Assembly: GCA_033442325.1 (NCBI GenBank)
Contig: JAWQFM010000001.1
Coordinates: 358,498 to 381,447, forward strand
DNA: 22,950 nt
Reading direction: 5' to 3'
From: Salpingoeca rosetta
Lineage: Eukaryota; Protista; Choanoflagellata
Shown here: piece after piece, positions 15,138-22,950 of the stretch
Layout of the letters: each line of letters starts with the position of its first letter
Position numbering within the stretch: the stretch's first letter is position 1
Position numbers and translations under genes: made by a program
Notes under the pieces: generated by a model
What the model saw: only the letters and a program-made list of their open reading frames with translations
What the model was told of the DNA's origin: nothing
Database searches by the model: none

Positions 15138-15395
15138 CTTTGAAGGCCAGTCGAGGGGTTGAGCGAAGCGAGACGAGGAGAGAGTGAGACGAAGAAGGGG
15201 AGACAGAGAGTGGAGGAGGGAAGCAGTTGAGGTTGAGCCTTTCACAAAGGAAAAGCACACGTGCAACAAAACACGCACACACAACACAAGCGAACAAGCA
15301 AACAAGCAAGCAAGCAAGCAAGCGGTGGTGGTTGTGCAAGGGTTGGTTGAGTGTGTGTCAGTGGGTGTTGGCGGTGACCACGACAACGAAGTGAG
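15138..15395. promoter_or_regulatory. Putative bidirectional promoter, HPRT / secreted protein gene
   Basis: Divergent start codons ~260 bp apart, with a (GCAA)n run inside the spacer. Confidence 0.45.
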
Positions 15396-16496
15396 ATGAT
15401 GCTGACGATGGTGGTGGACGGAATGACGAGGCGGGTGGCGGTGGCGGTGGCGTTGGTGGTGTTGGTGGTCAGCGTGTCGTGTCCGCGTGTGGTGGTGGGA
15501 TCGCTGCAAGGGCTGTACGCGATGGAAGGTGGCAGTGGGCAGCTGCAGCGCGTGGACTGGCGGACGGGCACGGTGGAGAAGGTCGGGCCTTCGCTGCAGA
15601 GCAAAGGCTGGCACGTGGCAGACTGCACGCCATCGGACGTGGACCGCACCGGCAAGTGGTACTTTGCCCTGGCGAAGCCCGTGTCCAGGAACGACAGCAG
15701 CACCCCCGACGCAGCGCAGCCATGGACGCTGATTGGCATGCTGCTTGCAGACGCCACGATCCGCACAACACAACAGCTGCCGGACTTGTTTGACCCCGGC
15801 ATGGACGCGTGCGAGCACACAGTGAGCGTCAACAGCGGGTGGGACGCCATTGTGACGGCAGTCACCGGCAAGCACACCGCAGACCCGCGCCTCTCTGTCG
15901 TCCTGTTTAACTACACCTTGGCAACCACGCGCCAGACGCGCGTGCTTGTGAACGAGAGCTTGGCGGCCATCGGGCTCGGCGGTCCGGCCAAGCACCCGGC
16001 CACCACCTTTGTCACGGCAACCGGGTCACTCTGGGTGCAGCTTGAGCAGGGCCTGGTGGAGTGCTACCTCACCAACGGGTCCTGTGCCCGCACGCTCCCG
16101 TTTGCGCCACAGCAGCTGCTTACGGGGTTGCAATACCAGCCATCTTCGTTCGTGTATGGCGTGCTCGTGCCCCCGCCCTCGCGGAACGCTGCACAGCTGC
16201 AGACCGCACAACCAGCGGCGCAGACACACGCCCTGGGCGCGTTCGACCCGATATCCATGGCGCCAAGCATCACGCGCATCACACTCTCGTCGCCCGTCAC
16301 CGTTGCGCACGGTGGCACTGCCATGGCGCTGCTGTCCGACCAGGCAAAGGTCGTGCTGCTCACAACAGGTGGCGACTTGGTCACAGCACACATCAACGGC
16401 ACCGTCGCCAGTACTGTGAAGCTTTGTTCCCCGAGTGCTAACGTGTCCCTGCCAGCGTGTCCCGCCAGCATGGTGTACGAGCCATTCGTCTTCTAA
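15396..16496 (+). CDS. Intronless putative secreted glycoprotein (~357-366 aa), possibly beta-propeller fold
   Basis: Clean 366-codon ORF free of microsatellite. N-terminal signal-like segment MTRRVAVAVALVVLVVSVSC (the true start may be one of the downstream Mets). Six N-x-S/T sequons (NDS, NYT, NES, NGS, NGT, NVS), several Cys, beta-strand-rich. Confidence 0.75.
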   Translation: MMLTMVVDGMTRRVAVAVALVVLVVSVSCPRVVVGSLQGLYAMEGGSGQLQRVDWRTGTVEKVGPSLQSKGWHVADCTPSDVDRTGKWYFALAKPVSRNDSSTPDAAQPWTLIGMLLADATIRTTQQLPDLFDPGMDACEHTVSVNSGWDAIVTAVTGKHTADPRLSVVLFNYTLATTRQTRVLVNESLAAIGLGGPAKHPATTFVTATGSLWVQLEQGLVECYLTNGSCARTLPFAPQQLLTGLQYQPSSFVYGVLVPPPSRNAAQLQTAQPAAQTHALGAFDPISMAPSITRITLSSPVTVAHGGTAMALLSDQAKVVLLTTGGDLVTAHINGTVASTVKLCSPSANVSLPACPASMVYEPFVF

Positions 16497-16502
16497 TCGC
16501 AC

Positions 16503-16506
<4 letters not shown>

Positions 16507-16590
<84 letters not shown>
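16507..16590. repeat. (TG)n(TCTG)n microsatellite in 3' UTR/intergenic region
   Basis: Starts immediately after the stop codon at 16496. Confidence 0.95.
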
Positions 16591-16594
<4 letters not shown>

Positions 16595-16753
16595 GGGCAT
16601 GCGCCCTGGTTATAGTTCACTGTGGGTTGGCCACAGGTTCACCTTGATCGATCGATATACACGCTCTAGTTAGTCGATACATCGCAAGCATACACACACG
16701 CACGGACACACACACACACACACACACACGCACGCATGCACACCACAAAGCTG

Positions 16754-17798
<1,045 letters not shown>

Positions 17799-17954
17799 GT
17801 TGTATGTTGGCTGTTGTTGTGAGATGTGTTGTGATTGCTGGAACAAAGATGAATGAAAGTCCTCCGCTCGCCCCTCCTCCTCTTTCTTGGGTCACTTGGT
17901 TGTTTACTGATGGTCGTGGCATTATTACGACCACCTACACCCCCCTCCCCGGTC

Positions 17955-17957
<3 letters not shown>

Positions 17958-18029
<72 letters not shown>
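17958..18029. repeat. (CA)n microsatellite, intergenic/3' UTR
   Basis: Between the MYND gene stop and the LRRC20-like start. Confidence 0.96.
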
Positions 18030-18031
<2 letters not shown>

Positions 18032-18061
18032 TCTCCCCTCTTGTCCTTCTCCCACACTTGA

Positions 18062-19456
18062 TCAAGATGCGACGTGCACAAGCTCCCCCGCGTCTGCCAG
18101 GTGCTGCAACACCGTGCGCATGTGCTGCCCAAGGAAGCCGAAGATGGCCCGCATTGCCGTCGGCGACAGCACCGCTGCCTCTGGCGTCTCCGTAAGCGTC
18201 ACGTCTGCGCCCCACTGCTGCCTAAGCGCATGCACGTCCCGCACCACCCGCGCAGCCGGCAGGTGCGGGTCTGGCTTTGCGTGCGTCACCAATATGGGAG
18301 GAGCAAGCGAGCCGCACATCGCCAACGACGACGATGATGACGATGCTGTAGTGGGCTTGTCGCTGCCATCAACTCTGGCGTGCGCGATAAGTGGATGCAA
18401 GCAAGGTCCATTCACCACGACCACCCCTCCCAACACCTTCCGCACTCCAACGGCGCTGCCGTCACCACCACCATCGTTTTCCGTTGTCTGCTTTGGAGCG
18501 TCGCTGCCGCGTGTGCCATTGTGCAGGTGTTGCCGCACAAGAGACAGGGCACACTGGCACGCCGCCATGCCACCCTGCCCAATGCCCAGGAGAAAGATAC
18601 CCTTTGGGCTGTAGCCTTGAGTAACCAGGCTGTCCACCAGGCGCAGCAAACGCTGTGTGCACGACTGCAGAACTGTCACCTTTCCTGGCTGCTGCTGGCG
18701 GGTTCCAAACCACGGGCCGTCATCCACAAACAACAAGGGCTCGCGGCTGTCCTGTGGGTGAGATTCTGTTGGCTGCAGCGGATCGTCTTGAAGGCTGTCA
18801 GCAGCGACGGAGATGCAGTGGAAATGGGACAGCTGCATGCGCGCGGCCAGCGTGGCCATCTCCTGCTCAGTCCCTTCCCCATCATGCAACAGAATGAGTA
18901 CATTGAACACTGGCTGCTGCTGCTGGTGGTGTTGCTGTTGTTGTTGTTGCTGGGGCGATGGCCGTGTGCCTCCAGTTGACGGAGACGCTGGTCGGTACGC
19001 CTTGATGACGTGGTGATGCCGAAATATGGACGCTGCGCACTTGGGCACTGGCGGGGGCTTCACTTTCTTCGCCAGTTCTGCCGGCAACCTCCTCTGTGCC
19101 TGCGGTTGTTTCCCCTTCTTCTTCTTTTCATTCTTCGGGTTGGAGCATGACGCAGTCCGCGACGCAGCCCGTAGTGCAGACTGTGGCATCGGCTGCTGAT
19201 CTTGTGGCCGTTGTGATGCGGTCGGTGGTGCTTGCCTCCGCTGTTGCGGCGCTACTTGTTGTTGTGCTGCGTGACTGGATGCCTTCTTCCGCTCCGCCTG
19301 CTGCTTGCGACACTCGTCCCTATGCTTGGCCCAGTGCTTCTTCTGACAGGCCTGGCCGCAATACCACACCGACCGGCAGCCAGCACACCGCAAGAGCTTC
19401 TTGCCGCCACCATCACCACCACAACACGCACACACCTTCTCGCCAAGCACGACCAT
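18062..19456 (-). CDS. Intronless 464-aa MYND zinc finger + phospholipase/carboxylesterase (APT1-like) alpha/beta-hydrolase-fold protein, catalytic residues degenerate
   Basis: MYND: CACC..LLRCAGCRSVWYCGQACQKKHWAKHRDEC, followed by a Q/P/K-rich linker. Hydrolase-like motifs: NVLILLHDGEG, GPWF, LLRLVDSLVTQGYSPKGIFLLGIGQGGMAA, LGGVVVVNG, PILVTHAKPDPHLP, MRAIFGFL. Confidence 0.85.
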   Translation of the reverse strand: MVVLGEKVCACCGGDGGGKKLLRCAGCRSVWYCGQACQKKHWAKHRDECRKQQAERKKASSHAAQQQVAPQQRRQAPPTASQRPQDQQPMPQSALRAASRTASCSNPKNEKKKKGKQPQAQRRLPAELAKKVKPPPVPKCAASIFRHHHVIKAYRPASPSTGGTRPSPQQQQQQQHHQQQQPVFNVLILLHDGEGTEQEMATLAARMQLSHFHCISVAADSLQDDPLQPTESHPQDSREPLLFVDDGPWFGTRQQQPGKVTVLQSCTQRLLRLVDSLVTQGYSPKGIFLLGIGQGGMAACQCALSLVRQHLHNGTRGSDAPKQTTENDGGGDGSAVGVRKVLGGVVVVNGPCLHPLIAHARVDGSDKPTTASSSSSSLAMCGSLAPPILVTHAKPDPHLPAARVVRDVHALRQQWGADVTLTETPEAAVLSPTAMRAIFGFLGQHMRTVLQHLADAGELVHVAS

Positions 19457-19544
19457 CCTCGCTCGCGAACGCTGCTCCTTTGCAAGATAATTAATGGAAG
19501 ATGTTCACCATTTGTCCCAACTTCACGCACCCCCAAAGACGATC
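19457..19544. promoter_or_regulatory. Putative ultra-short bidirectional promoter, MYND-hydrolase / FAM32A
   Basis: Only 88 bp between the divergent ATGs, including an AT-rich core (GATAATTAAT). Confidence 0.55.
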
Positions 19545-19976
19545 ATGGACGACGACGCGTACGCACACGTTGGTGGCTCCCTCAGCCTCAAGTGAGTCCA
19601 ACAAGCATGTGTGTGTGTGTGTCTCTCTCTCTCTCAGCGTTTGGTTCTTCCTTCTGTGCCTCACACTGGCGTAGGAAGTGAGATGGCATGCGAGGGAGAG
19701 GGGGCCAACAGCAAGTGGAAGAGGGTGGAGGAATGGCAAAGATTGCGCATACAAATACACCCAACGGTTGTGCAACTCACTCACAATATGTATGTGCGTA
19801 CGACATGCGTTACTTGGCTGGCTTGTGGCGTGGCAGGAAGTCAAAGAAGAAGAAGAAGAAGCACAAGCACAAACACAAGCATAGCAAGAAGGAGGATGCT
19901 GCTCTCAAGGACACCGTGCGACAAGAAGCGGTGTGTGTGTGTGTGTGTGGGTGGGTGCGTGAGTGTGTGCGTGAGT

Positions 19977-20039
<63 letters not shown>

Positions 20040-20855
20040 TGGGTGTGGGTGTGGGTGTGGGTGTGGGTGTGGGTGTGGGTGTGTGGGTGTGTGTGGGTGG
20101 GTGTGTGTGAACGTGAGTGTGAACGGGTGATGACGCGACAATGCGGTGTACGAGCGCCTGTTTTTGGTTCGTAGCTCTGCGTGGCCCTGACCACTTGAAC
20201 GTCCTCCTGCTTTCCAGGACGAGCATGCGGAAAAGGAGGATGATGGCATGACACCAGCAGAGCGGGCGTTTGCCAAAGAACAAGCAAAGCGGGTGCGTTG
20301 CAAATAAAACGCAGGGGTGTGTCTGTGTCTGTGTCTGTGTCTGCGTGTGTGTGTATGCTGTATGTGTGTGTATGTATGTTGTGTGTTTGTGTGCCTCTGT
20401 GTGTAAGTGAGTGTGGTTTTCACTGTGAGTGAATGGGCGTGTGACTGGTCCATACTGGCGCACGTATGTGATGTAATTTTGAGCTAGGGTTCAGTGCTGC
20501 ATCTGCTTGGATACTCCTGCCTGTCGCCTGCCTGCGTCCAGCTCATGAAACCCAACCCCACTGCTTTGTCTCACGTGTTGACAGGAGGCTGCGCGGATTC
20601 GGGAAAAGGCCATGAAGACACACAAGGAAAAAGTTCAGGTGCGTGCTCAAGCCATAATTGCTTTGCACATGTTCCCATGTGAACGCATGCACGCACGCTC
20701 GAGTTGCTGCTGCATGTCCTTGCCTTTGACGTCCACTCCGCTTGTTCACACTGTTGTTTCCCGCGCACATACTGCAATAACAACAGGAGCTTAACAAGAA
20801 GCTGGACACGATGACAGAACACCACGACATCCCCAAGGTGTCGTGGACCAAGTGA
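19545..20855 (+). CDS. FAM32A: FAM32A (DUF1754) spliceosome exon-ligation factor, 112 aa, 5 exons
   Basis: Exons 19545-19591, 19837-19930, 20218-20292, 20585-20638, 20787-20855 (TGA) give MDDDAYAHVGGSLSLKKSKKKKKKHKHKHKH...GMTPAERAFAKEQAKREAARIREKAMKTHKEKVQELNKKLDTMTEHHDIPKVSWTK*. The C-terminal TEHxDIPKVSWTK is the family hallmark. It is absent from the ORF track because the exons are short. Confidence 0.95.
19979..20109. repeat. (TG)n + (TGGGTG)n repeat, intronic
   Basis: FAM32A intron 2. Confidence 0.94.
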
Positions 20856-20946
20856 CCGCTCTCCAATGCCCCGGCCAGCGCGGCTGCTGGCTTTGATCCA
20901 AGGCGCAGCGCCCATAGTGGAGATGGTGGTGGTGAAGTGAGTGCTG

Positions 20947-21000
<54 letters not shown>

Positions 21001-21110
21001 TCTGTGCTGAACTGAACCGTGTGCATGTGAATAAACGGCGCCTCGTTTTCCACACCGCGTCTCGACCATCTCCCTCCTCGTCAACTCTTGCCATACCAGC
21101 CACCACATTT

Positions 21111-21145
<35 letters not shown>

Positions 21146-21479
21146 AACAAACAAACACGCGCGCGCGTGCAGCCAAGCGATGTGTGTGTAAGGTTCATTT
21201 CCAAGCCAACAAGACCATGCATATTGCATCATCTCGCACAATATTGATGAACACGCACACGAGCAAGCAAGCAAAGTCAACAAAGAAGCAAAAGAGCACG
21301 AATGTAGCACTGCTAATCAGCAACAAACGTGTGTGTTTACAACTTACACCCCAAGCAACGCACCAAACTTGAACAAGCGCACTTCCTCACCCACCAACAA
21401 CACCCTTCATCCAATCACCCAATCACCCATCAACAACACCCTCTCCCCCTCCCCCCTCCCAAAGTTGCTGCTGCCGCTG

Positions 21480-22700
21480 CTAGTCTGAGATTGCAGCCGC
21501 CTCCTGCCGTGCACCCGCGTCTGCCTGGGTCCCATCACCATCGGCAGCACTTGCTCCCCGCCCAGCACCGCCAACCTTGCTTGCCATGCTACCCTGCGCG
21601 TGCACAGCTGCCTGTTGCACTCCCGTACCCATTGCACTCTTGCCCACATGCAATTCAACACCGCCATCATCGCCATCACCACCATCACTGTCATGATGCT
21701 GCTGCTGCTGCTGCTGTTGTTGTTGTGGCGGTGGAGAGCTGTTGTGCTCTGCGAGCGAGAGCATGGACGAGAATGCCGACACAATGCCGCTGCTGGTTGC
21801 GGTGCTGGTGGTGCTGCCCGCCTGGTCGTCGCACCCCATCGTCTCCAGCATCGTGTGCATGCCGCACTCGGTCCTGTAGTCGCCGGACCACCGGCCCGAT
21901 CGCTCCGGTGCATCGCTGCCAACAGGAACTGTCGAGTGCACGTCCCCAATGGACTTGTACCCCTGGTCAAGCAGCGCGTTGTACGGCACGTTGTGCTCGC
22001 GTATGTACGCCTGCACCGTCTCAAAGGGCCAGAACGCCATTGGGTTGACCTTGAAGCGGCCGTCCTTGGTGCGCTCGACCACGTGCAGCTGTGATCGCAC
22101 CGCCCCCTGGGACCGGCGGCGACCCGTGATCCACACGTTGACGCCGTAATCGCGCAGCGCCCGCCCCGTCGGCTCCACTTTGGTCATGTACTGATACAGC
22201 TCCGGGTCGCGCTGCCACAGCTCTGTGATGATGACGATGGAGGTGGTGGTGATGGCAGTGATGGTAGTGATGGTGATGATGGCAGTGGTGGCAGTGATGG
22301 TGATGATGGCAGTGGTGGTGGTGGTGGTGGTCACGTGCAGGCATTTGTGAGCAGCATGCTGGCATTGCAGGTGCGTTATGCTCGCGCTGTGCCTGTGTTG
22401 TTATGCTTGCATGCACGGCAGAGACATCATGACGCAACACGACACCAGGTGACAGTGGAGAAACACATCCTCACAGATGATAAAACGAGAAACAAACCAT
22501 ACTTGCAAGCAAGCGTGCATGCAAGAACACCACACACGAACTTGCACCAGACTACAGACCATGTGCGCAACAGGACACAGGCCCGACTAACCTTCTCCGT
22601 AGAGATCCTCAAACTCTTCCCGCGTTTGCGCTGTCATTGGACGATAGCGCACAACCTGCCGCCCATACTTGGCCTGTACCCGCTCCAGTAGCTCCAGCGT
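21480..22700 (-). CDS. MET16: Phosphoadenosine/adenosine phosphosulfate reductase (MET16/CysH-like, lacking Fe-S ligands), 5'-partial
   Basis: Minus-strand exons 22700-22592 (TLELLERVQAKYG...EEFEDLYGE) and 22222-21480 (ELWQRDPELYQYMTKVEP...WITGRRRSQGAVR...KVNPMAFW...VPYNALLDQGYKSIGDVHST...ERSGRW...TECGMH + tail). Upstream exons lie beyond the window. Confidence 0.92.
22226..22331. repeat. Degenerate (TGG/TGA)n trinucleotide repeat, intronic
   Basis: Abuts the PAPS reductase acceptor at 22223. Confidence 0.88.
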
Positions 22701-22950
22701 CTACAATCCACAGCGAATCGTTTCACAAAAAAAGCAAACATAGCACACGCAGCACAGCAAACCGCCGTGTTCGTTCTCAGTGAGTGCTGGCAGGCAAAGT
22801 GGGGAGGGAGGGGGCACTTGATGATCGCGATATGTCCGTTCACAGCACACAGCACACACACACACACGCACACATGCACGCACACATGCATACATACACG
22901 CATACACGCATACACGCATACACACACACACACAGCACACACACACACAT

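Noticed and set aside
22223-22440. Thr/Ile-rich or His-rich leader on the PAPS reductase ORF
   Set aside because: It is an intronic trinucleotide repeat, and the true upstream exon is 22592-22700.

Overview
Eukaryotic, intron-rich, gene-dense genomic DNA with GT-AG introns filled with (CA/TG)n microsatellites. The style and the mix of animal-like and fungal/plant-like genes suggest a choanoflagellate such as Salpingoeca rosetta (inference, not verified). By manual splicing with phase checks I reconstruct nine protein-coding genes: (1) a 5'-truncated full-size (TMD-NBD-TMD-NBD) ABCD transporter of plant COMATOSE type with a doubly degenerate second NBD; (2) UFC1; (3) a ~708-aa low-complexity orphan; (4) HPRT, whose N-terminus is built from tiny exons; (5) an intronless secreted, probably beta-propeller protein; (6) an LRRC20-like protein; (7) an intronless fusion of a MYND zinc finger to an apparently inactive APT1-like alpha/beta hydrolase; (8) FAM32A; (9) a 5'-truncated, Fe-S-cluster-less PAPS/APS reductase (MET16/CysH type). 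Six genes form three tight head-to-head pairs. I found no CRISPR array, transposon, tRNA or rRNA, and no multi-gene novel system that I can support. The best novelty candidates are the MYND-pseudohydrolase fusion, the degenerate full-size ABCD, and several micro-exons. Comparisons to human, yeast and plant proteins are from memory, not from database searches.
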